Assembly: GCA_013388845.1 (NCBI GenBank)
Contig: JACAEN010000026.1
Span: 101,328-165,327 of the forward strand
Origin: Chloroflexota bacterium
GTDB lineage: Bacteria > Chloroflexota > Dehalococcoidia > GIF9 > AB-539-J10
Direction of reading: 5' to 3'
Length of the DNA stretch: 64,000 nucleotides
Each line of letters starts with the position of its first letter. Positions within the stretch are counted from its first letter, which is position 1. The notes beneath the pieces were generated by a model. It saw nothing but the letters and a program-made list of their open reading frames with translations. It made no database searches and was not told where the DNA came from. The position numbers and the translations under genes were made by a program. Positions 19,677 to 30,299 of this stretch are shown here, piece by piece.

Positions 19677-20290
19677 ATGGAGAGTCGTGGCAGGGTAGGC
19701 GTGTCGCTACGTGTGTTCGCTCTTGTCCTCTGCGTGGCCTTAATCTTCACTCTGGCAGTGGTAGGATGGCTGGCACTGTAGGGAGAGCCCGAAGGGGAGG
19801 GGTACCTGATACCTGCTGAGTTCGAGAATCTGACCATACTCCGCATAGGCGGTGGTACCCTTGCCGCCCAGCTGGTTGACCGTTTAGAGGAGATGAAAGG
19901 CGACGTAGTTCGTTCGTCCGACATCCCGGAAGCTGTGGAGCTTAGTCCTGAGGTTGTTGTCATATTTGGTGGTGAGTGGTTTGAACAAAGAATTTATGAT
20001 GCGGAGCTTCATGACTTCCTCAGACTTGCCTCGTCGCGAGGTGCTAGCATGGTCATGGTTAGGGGGACCACCTCTAAGTTCTTTGAAGCGTTAGACACGG
20101 CTGGAATCATAGGATTCCTGTAACTGAGACTGGGGAAGTAAGAAACCCCGCTGCCGACAATCCACCTTTGGTAGGCTTCAGGATGAAGACAGAAGGTGGG
20201 TTTACGTTTCCTTGTTTGCTGTTTGGTTGGGGGACTGTCTCTGTGGAATCGCTTATTGGATTGCTTGCGTCAACAGCACAACCATTCTAG
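19677..20290 (+). pseudogene. Disrupted gene for a membrane-anchored hypothetical protein
   Basis: ATG 19677 (MESRGRVGVSLRVFALVLCVALIFTLAVVGWLAL), in-frame TAG at 19779-19781, frame continues into ORF 19893..20123; apparent frameshift near 20118 into VTETGEVRNPAADNPPLVGFRMKT...AQPF*. Confidence 0.55.
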
Positions 20291-20498
20291 CTCTGACCTG
20301 CCAGGATGTGGCAATATCAGTGGCCAAATTCGGCATACCGGAATCCAACCTCCTAAGAAATCCAAACATCGAAATCCACAGGTCAAAACCTGAGACAAAT
20401 GGTGGTAAGGAGAATAGAGAATCCACTAGCCAATAGGAAAATCTTCTGAGCGCTGAATTCTCACTACTGACTACTGTCTACTAGTTTCCTAAAGGTGA

Positions 20499-20867
20499 TT
20501 ATCGAGCCGCAGAGGTAGTGGCTGCTTCCCGACCGAGCGACAACATCAGGTAACAATATGGCTTAATGTTACACACTGCCTCAGCAGACTCCATAAGGGC
20601 CTGAATCAACTGGTTAGAGGTGATAGGAAGAAGCTCAAAATTGGTAGGAAAAGTTAATTTAAGTGCATTGACTTTTGCCACATTGCCCGAGAGGTCGATG
20701 ATTTCCCCAAAGCCAATTGTTGTTATGGTGATGACTGTCATGTAGAGGGTGTCCACAAATGAGTATTGTTTGCCGCCGATGAACCAATAGCCCACCGTGC
20801 CTATCAGTAGGATAGCTATGAGGATGACAGCAGCCAAGACAAATCTTCTGTAAATTTTTAAAGCCAT
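20499..20867 (-). pseudogene. Truncated Kch/MthK-type potassium channel
   Basis: TM1, pore helix (DTLYMTVITI) and filter TTIGFGE, then similarity ends near 20680; no TM2 or RCK domain. Confidence 0.75.
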
Positions 20868-21074
20868 CGTTGTCCCCGTATTTTATACGATAGACTGACT
20901 TGCCTCAAGGTCTGGCTTGCTGGTGGCTCAGTCCATGTGAATAAGGTATTGCTGAGGTGGTCAGCGGCAGGGGGCGGGCGCAGAGCAACGTGAGCATTCT
21001 CTGTGCAATTATCAGACTGGCACGTTTGGGTAGGCACGGCTCATGGCGGGATTGAATTACGAGGGAAGAGATAT

Positions 21075-21135
21075 CACCCTCATCCTTCGATAAACTCAGG
21101 ACAGGCTCTGAATCCTCTCCCGTCGAGGGAGAGGA
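21075..21135. repeat. Short palindromic intergenic repeat (CCTCTCCC..GGGAGAGG type)
   Basis: TCACCCTCA...TCCTCTCCCGTCGAGGGAGAGGA; inverse-related copy at 55385-55423. Confidence 0.6.
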
Positions 21136-21138
21136 TTC

Positions 21139-21657
21139 TTACTCTTCCGTTAGCCAGGTTAGGACTTTTCGCATTATCTCGGTGCGGTTGTCTCTGGTTA
21201 CCAGGAGGACTTCCACTTGGGGATGGCGTTTGATTTGGTCGGCAAAGGGGTGGGGGTTGAGCATGATGGTGCCCAGAACTTTTCGGCTGCTGTTCAGGGC
21301 TTGCATCACGGCTTCTCGGAACTGCGGCGAGAGAAGCTCCATCTTGCCAATCTCATCAATAACTATCAAGTCGCTTTTTTTCAGCGCTTGACGCAGAGCG
21401 GAAACGCCCACCCTGTCCAAGGCATCGGTGTCCACTCGGTATTTGCTTACCTGACGAGGGCTGGAGATGTTAATGTGGGCTAATATCGCCTCCTGTCCAT
21501 CGAGGGTGACAATGCGGAACCCCTGCCTTACTCCCCCTGTCCGTATCTCTTCGGTGTAGAAGCCACCGCCTTGGACTTTGGTTCTGGCTAGCGCCTCTTT
21601 AATGAGAGCAGTTTTACCCACCCCTGGTTTTCCGGCGAGCAGGAGGCTTCTTTTCAT
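21139..21657 (-). CDS. THEP1-like nucleoside triphosphatase
   Basis: GKPGVGKT, GGFYTEEIR, GF, VIDEIGKMEL. Confidence 0.92.
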   Translation of the reverse strand: MKRSLLLAGKPGVGKTALIKEALARTKVQGGGFYTEEIRTGGVRQGFRIVTLDGQEAILAHINISSPRQVSKYRVDTDALDRVGVSALRQALKKSDLIVIDEIGKMELLSPQFREAVMQALNSSRKVLGTIMLNPHPFADQIKRHPQVEVLLVTRDNRTEIMRKVLTWLTEE

Positions 21658-21787
21658 CTTTTTCTTTCTCTGCTACAGTTTCCGCCTTCGCTTGTTGCTC
21701 TGCTAAGGCCTGAGCCTTTCTCTTTTCCTTAAGCTTCTTTTGGCGTCGGCGATGTTTTAAGGCAGCTACTCTTTTCCTCTTATTCAT
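21614..21787 (-). CDS. Small very basic protein (57 aa)
   Basis: SD GGGGAG, ATG 21787: MNKRKRVAALKHRRRQKKLKEKRKAQALAEQQAKAETVAEKEKDEKKPPARRKTRGG*; overlaps the NTPase start; below the ORF-track cutoff. Confidence 0.6.
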   Translation of the reverse strand: MNKRKRVAALKHRRRQKKLKEKRKAQALAEQQAKAETVAEKEKDEKKPPARRKTRGG

Positions 21788-22017
21788 CTCCCCTGCGCTA
21801 GATATAAATCTTGGTGGTTATTTTACCATATTGAGGGTGAGGTGCACTTTGATATTTGGGTAGTAGATAGGTAAATGCTAAAATTCCGTTAAGATTTAGG
21901 CAGCCGTGGCAATTTTATAGTGAGCTGGGGATAGGAGAGGGGGGGATACATCCTCGCCTGTCCTCTCCCTTCAAAAGAGAAGGATTCCTATGGAGATTTC
22001 TGGTCATACTATAATAG

Positions 22018-23382
22018 CTATCTCTTATATTTCCATCTTGTTCCTTGAGGGGTATCTTCAATGGTTACTCCTAAATTGGCTAACCCACTCCTAATTTTAT
22101 CGGCTAGCTGCCACTGCTGGTTTTGCCGTAAATCATCCCTAGTGGATACCAAGAGACTGATGAATGCTTCTGCGTCCGGTGTAACTTGTGTCTTTCCTTT
22201 TAAAGTAAGACCTAGGATGCCTGCTAGCTTGGATAAGGTATGCTGCGCTTTAGTTATATTTACACCTTGTTCTGCGCCACGGTTTATTTCCTTCATCAAT
22301 TCGAAGAGGACGGCTATTGCCTGTGCAGTATTGAAGTCGTCGTCCATAGCTTCGACAAATTTCTGCTCGGAGGGCTCCGCCTTGAGTATAGTAGCTCCCT
22401 TGTCTGCATTAGCTCGATGGGTCAATGCCCAACGCAATCTTTCTGCAGCCCTCTCGTTTGCTTCCAGAGCCTCCTCACTGTAGATGAGTGGATTCCGATA
22501 ATGCGAGCTAAGGATAAAAAGGCGAATAGCATCGGAACTAAAGCGACCCAAAGCGTCTTTGATGCTTACCAAATTACCTGTACTCTTACTCATTTTTTGC
22601 TTATCCTGCTGCATCAACCCATTATGTAGCCAGTATCGGACAAAAGGAGTCTCCTGGGTAAAACTTTCTGATTGAGCTATTTCGTTCTCGTGATGAGGAA
22701 AGACAAGGTCTTGCCCGCCACCATGGATATCAATAGTGTCGTCGAGGTGCTTTAACGCCATAGCACTACATTCAATGTGCCACCCTGGCCTACCCTCCCC
22801 CCAAGGGCTCTCCCAGAAAGGCTCACCAGGTTTTGACGCTTTCCATAAAGCGAAATCTAACGGATACTCTTTCTTTTCTTGATAGTTGCTAGCTTTAGGA
22901 ATCATCTCTGGCAGGCTCCGGTGACTTAGTTTGCCATAGTGGGGAAAATTCCTGACGCGGAAGTAAATACTTCCCTCAGACTCGTAAGCGTAGCCCTTAG
23001 CTAGCAGACCTTGGATAATTTCAATAATTTTTGGTATTTCCTCGCTTGCTTTGGGATAGACATCGGCCCGCTCTACATTCAATGCATCCATGTCGGAAAA
23101 ATATCGGTCAACATATTTGTTGGCTAGCTCTGCTGGTGGAATTCCTAACTGGTTAGCACGCTCTATGATCTTATCGTCGATGTCGGTAAAGTTTTGTACG
23201 TGTTTAACTTTATAGCCCTTGAATCTCAGGTAGCGTTTGATCACATCAAAGATTATGTAAGTCATGGCGTGCCCAATATGGCTTTCGTCGTAAGCAGTAA
23301 TGCCACAGACATACATGGTTACCACTTCGCTGCGGGGATGAAAATCATCCTTTCGTCCGGTTAGGGTATTAAACACTTTCAT
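22018..23382 (-). CDS. cysS: Cysteine--tRNA ligase
   Basis: MYVCGIT, HIGH, PGWHIECSAM, HGGGQDLVFPHHENE, KMSKS, ADKIRSGL. Confidence 0.98.
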   Translation of the reverse strand: MKVFNTLTGRKDDFHPRSEVVTMYVCGITAYDESHIGHAMTYIIFDVIKRYLRFKGYKVKHVQNFTDIDDKIIERANQLGIPPAELANKYVDRYFSDMDALNVERADVYPKASEEIPKIIEIIQGLLAKGYAYESEGSIYFRVRNFPHYGKLSHRSLPEMIPKASNYQEKKEYPLDFALWKASKPGEPFWESPWGEGRPGWHIECSAMALKHLDDTIDIHGGGQDLVFPHHENEIAQSESFTQETPFVRYWLHNGLMQQDKQKMSKSTGNLVSIKDALGRFSSDAIRLFILSSHYRNPLIYSEEALEANERAAERLRWALTHRANADKGATILKAEPSEQKFVEAMDDDFNTAQAIAVLFELMKEINRGAEQGVNITKAQHTLSKLAGILGLTLKGKTQVTPDAEAFISLLVSTRDDLRQNQQWQLADKIRSGLANLGVTIEDTPQGTRWKYKR

Positions 23383-23464
23383 CTCTTTGCCCCGGGGGTG
23401 ATTGATAACTTTCCCAGTTCTATTCAGTGAATCACATCTCAGGTCAGCTAATTTTTTTGGAAAC

Positions 23465-23515
23465 TTGACAAATTCATGACCCCATGCTATTATATACTAA
23501 AATGATTATTTTAGT
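23465..23515 (+). promoter_or_regulatory. Sigma70 promoter plus palindromic operator of the Rrf2-cysK operon
   Basis: TTGACA 23465-70, 17 bp, extended TGn-TATTAT 23488-93; inverted repeat ACTAAAAT-gatt-ATTTTAGT 23496-23515. Confidence 0.75.
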
Positions 23516-23535
23516 CAACAATTCAGGAGAAGTCA

Positions 23536-23979
23536 ATGAAACTTTCTACTAGGGGACGATACGGAGTCAGGGCACTTTTGGATTTAGCTCTTCATTCTTG
23601 TGAAGGAACCGTGCTACTAAGGGATATTGCCCGAAGGCAGGAGATTTCACTGCCCTACCTAGAGCACGTGATCACTCCCCTAGTAGCTGCTGGTCTGATG
23701 AAGACCACCCGCGGGCCTCGGGGCGGTGTTTTGCTACTTAAGTCTCCTGCAGAGATTAAGCTCAGTGAGGTGATTGGATTTCTGGAAGGCTCCATTGCCC
23801 CGGTGGATTGTGTTGATAATCCCGATGTGTGTCGCCGCTCTGCTTTTTGTGTTACCCGGGATATCTGGGGCGAGGTGAAGGAGGCCGTGCATCAGGTCTT
23901 AGATTCTATAACCTTACAAGACCTGGTTGAGCGTCAGAGGGAAAAGGGGCAAACAGGTACAGGGATGTATTACATTTGA
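23536..23979 (+). CDS. Rrf2-family transcriptional regulator (IscR/CymR-like)
   Basis: MKLSTRGRYG, ISLPYLE, RGPRGG, three Cys (C-x6-C-x5-C), C-terminal MYYI. Confidence 0.93.
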   Translation: MKLSTRGRYGVRALLDLALHSCEGTVLLRDIARRQEISLPYLEHVITPLVAAGLMKTTRGPRGGVLLLKSPAEIKLSEVIGFLEGSIAPVDCVDNPDVCRRSAFCVTRDIWGEVKEAVHQVLDSITLQDLVERQREKGQTGTGMYYI

Positions 23980-24064
23980 ATAGCCTTAGCCTCGGGAAAT
24001 GTGTTCATAAAACGTGGGTAGGCATTTTAGAGATTATTTTGTTTATGAATCGGAGGAAAGTGAA

Positions 24065-25078
24065 ATGGCAAAGATAACTCAAAACGTGGAGAGGCTTAAA
24101 TACAAGACGATAGAGCTACCGAAGCTAACCAGAGGGATAGCCAGAGATTCTACCGAGTTAATTGGGAATACACCTCTGGTCAGGCTGAACCGGGTGACTG
24201 AGGGGGTGAAGGCCGAGGTGGTGGCTAAGCTTGAATCCTTTAATCCCCTGGGAAGCGTAAAGGATAGAATTGGAGTATCTATGATTGTTGATGCTGAAGA
24301 GAAGGGGCTGATCGGCAAAGATACGGTGATTGTCGAACCAACTAGTGGCAATACTGGAATTGCCCTAGCTTTTGTCTGCGCTGCCAGGGGATACAGGCTT
24401 ATTCTCACCATGCCTGATACTATGTCTGTGGAGCGGAGGCAGCTTCTGTCTATTTTGGGAGCTGAGCTGGTCTTGACCCCTGGGGCGGAAGGGATGCCGG
24501 GAGCGGTGAAGAAAGCGGAACAATTGGTGGCGGAAAATCCCGATTATTTTATGCCCCAACAGTTTAATAATCCGGCAAATCCTGAGATACACCGACTGAC
24601 CACAGCAGAAGAAATCTGGAGGGATACTGGAGGTGAAGTAGATATTCTGGTTGCTGGTGTAGGAACGGGAGGGACAATCACAGGAGTGGCTGAGGTGATA
24701 AAGAAAAGGAAACCCGAATTTAAAGCTATAGCTGTTGAGCCTGCTGCTTCCCCAGTTCTTTCTGGGGGCAAGCCTGGCTCTCACAAAATTCAGGGTATCG
24801 GCGCGGGATTCATCCCCCAAATTCTCAGGCTAGATCTGGTTGATGAGATTATCAGGGTTACCAATGAGGATGCCGGGGCTATGGCCAGGAGATTAGCTAA
24901 AGAGGAAGGGATATTGGCTGGCATATCCTCAGGTGCAGCAACTTGGGCAGCGTTGGAGGCGGCCAAAAGAACAGAAAACAAAGACAAGCTTATCGTGGTA
25001 GTTTTGCCTGACACGGGAGAGCGCTATCTGTCCACCTGGCTTTTCCAAGAACTTTACCAAGCGGCATCGGGTCCGTAA
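24065..25078 (+). CDS. cysK: Cysteine synthase A (O-acetylserine sulfhydrylase)
   Basis: [52 protein letters not shown]; start after GGAGGA. Confidence 0.96.
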   Translation: MAKITQNVERLKYKTIELPKLTRGIARDSTELIGNTPLVRLNRVTEGVKAEVVAKLESFNPLGSVKDRIGVSMIVDAEEKGLIGKDTVIVEPTSGNTGIALAFVCAARGYRLILTMPDTMSVERRQLLSILGAELVLTPGAEGMPGAVKKAEQLVAENPDYFMPQQFNNPANPEIHRLTTAEEIWRDTGGEVDILVAGVGTGGTITGVAEVIKKRKPEFKAIAVEPAASPVLSGGKPGSHKIQGIGAGFIPQILRLDLVDEIIRVTNEDAGAMARRLAKEEGILAGISSGAATWAALEAAKRTENKDKLIVVVLPDTGERYLSTWLFQELYQAASGP

Positions 25079-25151
25079 AAAGTGGAATGTATTACACGCT
25101 GAGCTGGAGAAATTTATCTACAGCCTAGCCAAAAAGCGAAAGGAGGAGTAA

Positions 25152-25955
25152 ATGAAGTTTTCAGAAATATCGGAAAAACAGGTTACGAAGGCGATCATAT
25201 CAGAGTTCAGCAGAGAATTTGAGGATTACATCGAAACTGATGTAATCGTAGTAGGTGCCGGACCTAGCGGGCTTATTGCCTCAAAAGAACTCGCGGAGAA
25301 GGGCATAAAAACGCTCCTTATCGAGAGCAACAACTACCTCGGTGGAGGCTTTTGGATCGGTGGCTATCTAATGAATAAGATAACACTGAGGGCTCCTGCT
25401 CAGGCGATTCTGAATGAAATTGGAGTCCCCTATAAAGAGGCAGAAGGGGGATTGTATGTGGCAAATGGACCACATGCATGCTCTAAGTTAATTGCCGCCG
25501 CTTGTGACGCCGGCGTTAAGGTATTAAGCATGACGAAGTTCGATGATGTGGTGGTAAGGGAAAACCGTGTCTGTGGGGTGGTCATCAACTGGACGCCTGT
25601 ATCAGCACTTCCGAGGGCAATCACCTGCGTCGACCCAATTGGTATTGAATCAAAACTTGTGATTGATGCCACGGGACACGATGCTGCAGTTGCTCGCTCG
25701 CTCGAAGAGCGAGGTCTGGTGAATATCAAAGGGCTTGGCGCCATGTGGGTTGCACAATCAGAGGACGCGGTTCTTGAGTATACAAAAGAGATATACCCGG
25801 GTCTGATTGTAACAGGAATGGCGGTTGCCACCACATTTGGTCTTCCCAGGATGGGTCCAACTTTTGGCGCTATGCTCTTCTCAGGAAAGAAGGCTGCAAA
25901 AGCTGCTCTGGAGCTCTTATCAAAGGAACAGTCTCTAGTCGGCATCACCTCTTAA
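25152..25955 (+). CDS. thi4: Thi4 thiazole synthase, Cys-type
   Basis: GAGPSGL, GGGFW, ITCVDP (Cys at the active-site position), [17 protein letters not shown]. Confidence 0.92.
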   Translation: MKFSEISEKQVTKAIISEFSREFEDYIETDVIVVGAGPSGLIASKELAEKGIKTLLIESNNYLGGGFWIGGYLMNKITLRAPAQAILNEIGVPYKEAEGGLYVANGPHACSKLIAAACDAGVKVLSMTKFDDVVVRENRVCGVVINWTPVSALPRAITCVDPIGIESKLVIDATGHDAAVARSLEERGLVNIKGLGAMWVAQSEDAVLEYTKEIYPGLIVTGMAVATTFGLPRMGPTFGAMLFSGKKAAKAALELLSKEQSLVGITS

Positions 25956-26006
25956 GAAGTATATCCCTACAAAAGCTAGTTGACAGGTAACAGGGAAAAA
26001 CGATTA

Positions 26007-26720
26007 ATGTTTAAAACGTTAAGAGAGGATATTCAAACGGTTTTTGCCAAGGACCCGGCAGCAAGGAGCACGCTGGAGGTCATCTTCTGCTATCCCGGCC
26101 TCCACGCCCTGTGGTTTCATCGTTTCAGCCATTTCTTATGGAGGCATAAGCTGCGATTTTTGGCGCGTCTACTCTCCCACTTTAATCGCTTCTTAACTGG
26201 CATCGAGATTCACCCTGGAGCTAGAGTTGGCCGGAGGTTCTTTATTGACCATGGGGCAGGGGTGGTTATCGGGGAGACAGCTGAGATTGGGGACGATGTC
26301 TTGCTGTATCAGGGGGCTGTCTTAGGGGGAACAACCTTAAGGAGGGGAAAACGCCACCCCACCATTGGCAATAACGTGGTGATGGGAGCTGGTGCGATAG
26401 CCCTAGGCGCTATTACGATCGGCGATAATGCCCGAATCGGTGCTGGCTCAGTGGTGGTAAAGTCGATACCGCCTGGGGCTACGGTGGTGGGAATTCCAGG
26501 AAGAATAGCAGAAGACCACCGAAAGCCGCTCATGGATTTGGAGCACGGTAACCTGCCTGACCCAGTGGCGGAAGCCATCAGGTTTGTCTTAAGGAAGCAG
26601 GACAGGTTAGAGGAACGCCTGAGAAAATTAGAGAGTGCTACTGGAATAGCATCTCTCGAAGAGGAGTTACAAGAGAAGCTAATGATAGAAGCAATATTCA
26701 GCCAGGGAGGGGGCATATGA
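26007..26720 (+). CDS. cysE: Serine O-acetyltransferase
   Basis: [32 protein letters not shown] hexapeptide repeats; ends GGGI. Confidence 0.96.
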   Translation: MFKTLREDIQTVFAKDPAARSTLEVIFCYPGLHALWFHRFSHFLWRHKLRFLARLLSHFNRFLTGIEIHPGARVGRRFFIDHGAGVVIGETAEIGDDVLLYQGAVLGGTTLRRGKRHPTIGNNVVMGAGAIALGAITIGDNARIGAGSVVVKSIPPGATVVGIPGRIAEDHRKPLMDLEHGNLPDPVAEAIRFVLRKQDRLEERLRKLESATGIASLEEELQEKLMIEAIFSQGGGI

Positions 26721-27859
26721 AATTTGAGACCATTGCTATTCACGCTGGAGGGAGGCCGGATAGGGCCTTTGGCGCTGTCTCGGTGCCTATCTACCAAACA
26801 TCAACCTTTGTCTTTGAGGATGTCGGTAAGACAAAAGGCTACGACTACTCTCGCACGGCAAATCCGACGAGAAAGGTTCTAGAAGATACCATTGCTCAGC
26901 TTGAAGGGGGGAAAGCTGGCTTCGCCTTCGCCACTGGAATGGCGGCTGAGACTACGGTTATGCATCTTCTGAAAGCGGGCGACCATGTAATCTCGGGAGA
27001 CGATGTTTATGGAGGAACCTACAGATTATTTCAAGATGTGATGAGCGCCTTTGGATTGGAATTCACCTTTCTTAGACTAGACAAACGGGAAGGAATTGAA
27101 GAAGCAATAAAGCCTAGTACCAAGATGCTGTGGCTAGAAACGCCCTCCAATCCGCTGCTCAACATCATTGACATCGAGATGGTGGTTGATATTGCTAAAA
27201 AACATAAACTGCTAACAGTAGCAGATAATACCTTTGCCACCCCTTATTTCTTAAGACCAATTGAATACGGGGTTGACCTCGTTGTTCACTCCACTACCAA
27301 GTATCTCAACGGGCACTGCGATGTTGTTGGTGGCGCTGTGGTGACCGCCACCGATGAACTAACTCAAAAGGTGCAATTTCTACTCAATGCCATGGGAACC
27401 TGTGCTGCTCCCTTCGACTGCTGGTTGGTGCTTCGTGGGATTGAGACTCTCCCAGTGAGAATGAAGCAACATGAGGAGAATGCCCTTACCGTGGCAAACT
27501 ACCTTAAGAGGCATCCCAGAGTAAAGAGAGTGCTTTATCCTGGGCTCAGATCTCATCCGGGACACGAAATCGCCAAAAAACAGATGAAAGGATTCGGTGG
27601 GGTGGTATCTTTTGAACTAGGAACTAGTATTGAAGCTGTCAATACTTTTCTAAGAAAGCTCAGGGTCTTTTCCTTGGCGGAATCGTTGGGTGGCGTCGTC
27701 TCTCTTGCTGAGCATCCAGCTACCATGAGTCATGCCTCGATGCCCGAGGATTATAGGGAGAGGGTGGGGATTAGCGATGAACTCATCAGGTTATCGGTTG
27801 GTTTGGAAAATGTTGACGATTTGATCCAAGATTTGGAGCAGGCGCTCGGTGGCCTGTGA
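26717..27859 (+). CDS. Cystathionine gamma-synthase/gamma-lyase family PLP enzyme
   Basis: [53 protein letters not shown]. Confidence 0.93.
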   Translation: MKFETIAIHAGGRPDRAFGAVSVPIYQTSTFVFEDVGKTKGYDYSRTANPTRKVLEDTIAQLEGGKAGFAFATGMAAETTVMHLLKAGDHVISGDDVYGGTYRLFQDVMSAFGLEFTFLRLDKREGIEEAIKPSTKMLWLETPSNPLLNIIDIEMVVDIAKKHKLLTVADNTFATPYFLRPIEYGVDLVVHSTTKYLNGHCDVVGGAVVTATDELTQKVQFLLNAMGTCAAPFDCWLVLRGIETLPVRMKQHEENALTVANYLKRHPRVKRVLYPGLRSHPGHEIAKKQMKGFGGVVSFELGTSIEAVNTFLRKLRVFSLAESLGGVVSLAEHPATMSHASMPEDYRERVGISDELIRLSVGLENVDDLIQDLEQALGGL

Positions 27860-27869
27860 AGGACGGTTG

Positions 27870-29060
27870 ATGAAACTATACCAGGTAGTTGTAAAAGACA
27901 TTATGAGAAGGAAAAAACGAGTGCTATATGCCTCGCTGGGCGTGGTTATTGGTATTACAACAATCATTGCCGTGCTGACAATTGCCCTTGCCGGGCAAAC
28001 GAATATCTATGGTCAATTGGAAAAATATGGCGCTAATTTAGTCGTCATGCCTGCAATAAGCGATATTGATATAGGATTAGGCGATCTAAGTCTCGGCACT
28101 TTGGCAGTGGGAGAAAATTACATTTCCGAAGACAAATTGCCCCAGGTCAGACAAATAGCAGATGGCAAGATAAGAGAGGCATTGAATATCGAAGATGAGG
28201 CAGATATTGCCACGATTGCTCCGAAACTCTACATGAACACCAAGGTAAATGGAACGTCTGTAATAGTAGTTGGAATAGACCCTCAAGAAGAGCGCCAACT
28301 CAAGACGTGGTGGAGAGTCTCAAAAGGGAGGTACCTCGAAGCCCCAGACGAGGCACTGGTTGGGGCAATAGCCGCTGAGCTACTAAAATTCAATGTAGGC
28401 GACAAAATTACACTTAACGGGGCAGAGCTAACCATTACCGGCATTCTCGAGGAGACAGGCTCAAACGAAGATTATCAGGTTTTCATTCCTATGGAAACGG
28501 CACAGAAGGCATTCGATAAAGAGGGATTGGTTTCCTCAGTAGACATTCGTGCACTGTGCAATGCATGCCCTACCTCAGATATTGCGAGTGCCATTAACGA
28601 GAACATGCCGGGAGTCCGTGCAGTTGCCGTAAAGCAAATAGCTGAAACTGAAATGGGCATGCTGGAGAAGATAAGTAAGTTTCTATTCGCTTTAGCTGCA
28701 ATCACATTGGCCGTCGGATGCTTTGGTGTGGTCAACACGATGATGACCTCGGTTCATGAAAGAATCAAGGACATCGGCATAATGAGAGCAGTGGGGGCAT
28801 CACGCAATCAAATAATGAAGATTTTCCTCTACGAGGCCGTTATCGTTGGGATAGCTGGGGGCTTCCTTGGTTATCTAGCTGGGACTTTACTAGCATATCT
28901 AATCGGGCCGCTGATTTTTGGGGGCCTAGCCGTTACTTATGTTCCCCAGTATTTCCTCCCTTCATTGGCTCTGGCTACCTTTATTGCCATCATAGCGAGC
29001 GTGTACCCTGCGTTCCGTGCCTCCAGAATTAAGGTCGCTGACTCTTTCAGATCATTGTGA
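27870..29060 (+). CDS. MacB/FtsX-type ABC transporter permease
   Basis: N-terminal TM, large extracytoplasmic domain with CNACP, ERIKDIGIMRAVGA, three C-terminal TMs. Confidence 0.9.
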   Translation: MKLYQVVVKDIMRRKKRVLYASLGVVIGITTIIAVLTIALAGQTNIYGQLEKYGANLVVMPAISDIDIGLGDLSLGTLAVGENYISEDKLPQVRQIADGKIREALNIEDEADIATIAPKLYMNTKVNGTSVIVVGIDPQEERQLKTWWRVSKGRYLEAPDEALVGAIAAELLKFNVGDKITLNGAELTITGILEETGSNEDYQVFIPMETAQKAFDKEGLVSSVDIRALCNACPTSDIASAINENMPGVRAVAVKQIAETEMGMLEKISKFLFALAAITLAVGCFGVVNTMMTSVHERIKDIGIMRAVGASRNQIMKIFLYEAVIVGIAGGFLGYLAGTLLAYLIGPLIFGGLAVTYVPQYFLPSLALATFIAIIASVYPAFRASRIKVADSFRSL

Positions 29061-29069
29061 GGTAGCAAA

Positions 29070-29756
29070 ATGCTGGAAATCAAAAACATATCGAAAGTCT
29101 ACGGAGCGGGCACAACTAAAGTAGTTGCCTTAAATAACGTTTCCCTTCGTGTGAACAAAGGCGATTTCATAGCCGTTATGGGGCCTTCTGGAAGTGGAAA
29201 GTCCACTCTTCTGAATATCATCGGTGGTTTAGATTCTCCTTCCAGCGGCGAAGTGCTTTTAGACGCTAAACGCATCGACAATCTGGATGAGAATGCCCTC
29301 GTTGAGATCAGAAGGGAGAAAATTGCCTACGTTTTTCAGGAATATCATCTGATTCCATCGCTCACTGCTCTTGAAAATGTCCTTTTGCCTTTGACATTCT
29401 GCGGGGCGAATAAGAAAGACCAGAAAGCATTGGATATCTTGAAAAGAGTGGGGCTAGAAAAAAGGGCTGAACATAAGCCCAGCCAGTTAAGCGGCGGTGA
29501 GCAACAGAGAGTAGCAATTGCTAGAGCCCTGGTTAATGACCCATCTCTTATTCTAGCGGACGAGCCAACGGGCAATATGGACCGGAAAACGGGAAAGGAA
29601 ATCTTAGCTTTATTCGATCAACTAAACAGAGAGGGTCGCAGCATTGTTATGGTTACTCATGACCCTGAGATAGCTGAGTATGCCAAAGAAATCGTAGTTC
29701 TCCAAGATGGTCAGATTGTAGACAAGATTAATCAAGAAGGAGGCAATAAATGTTGA
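29070..29756 (+). CDS. LolD/MacB-type ABC ATPase
   Basis: [29 protein letters not shown]. Confidence 0.95.
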   Translation: MLEIKNISKVYGAGTTKVVALNNVSLRVNKGDFIAVMGPSGSGKSTLLNIIGGLDSPSSGEVLLDAKRIDNLDENALVEIRREKIAYVFQEYHLIPSLTALENVLLPLTFCGANKKDQKALDILKRVGLEKRAEHKPSQLSGGEQQRVAIARALVNDPSLILADEPTGNMDRKTGKEILALFDQLNREGRSIVMVTHDPEIAEYAKEIVVLQDGQIVDKINQEGGNKC

Positions 29757-30235
29757 AGAAGATAATACTCATCCTGGTGTTGCTCATATTGGTTTCAAGC
29801 ATAGTTGCATGTAGCAGTAATGGCACACAAAGTAGCCAGCGAATAGAAGCGACGTGGGTTGAGCCACAGGTAGTTGGCGATACTGTATCCATACCAGTAA
29901 GTGAGGTCGAAAATAATTGGAATGTCCACTTTAATGTAAATACACCAGGCGGGGATATGAATTTCATGGCCTATGTGTTGGATGGAGAAATCTATGTCCG
30001 GGCAAATGTTTGCCCACCATGCCAGTCAATAGGCTTTTCTCTTGACGAAGACATTCTAGTATGCGATAGGTGCGCGACTACTTTCAGGGCACAAACAGGC
30101 GAAGGAATCAGCGGAGCCTGTGTGGGTTATCCCAAAGCAGCAGTTGCATACGAGATTAGCGGTGGCAACATAGTAATGAACAGCACCGACCTCGCGACTG
30201 CCTATCAAGATACTATTGAACCTGGGTGGCCTTAA
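29750..30235 (+). CDS. Lipoprotein with Cys-rich putative Fe-S/metal domain (DUF2318-like)
   Basis: Lipobox IVAC; CPPC...CDRC...GAC. Confidence 0.7.
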   Translation: MLKKIILILVLLILVSSIVACSSNGTQSSQRIEATWVEPQVVGDTVSIPVSEVENNWNVHFNVNTPGGDMNFMAYVLDGEIYVRANVCPPCQSIGFSLDEDILVCDRCATTFRAQTGEGISGACVGYPKAAVAYEISGGNIVMNSTDLATAYQDTIEPGWP

Positions 30236-30299
30236 AGAGTAAACGATAGAAATTCGTGGAGTTGAGTCCTGATTGCACCAGATAAGGAGGACAGGATAA

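Noticed and set aside
19779..19781. In-frame TAG as pyrrolysine or stop recoding
   Set aside because: The same gene also seems frameshifted, TAG ends many intact genes here, and no pyl genes are present.
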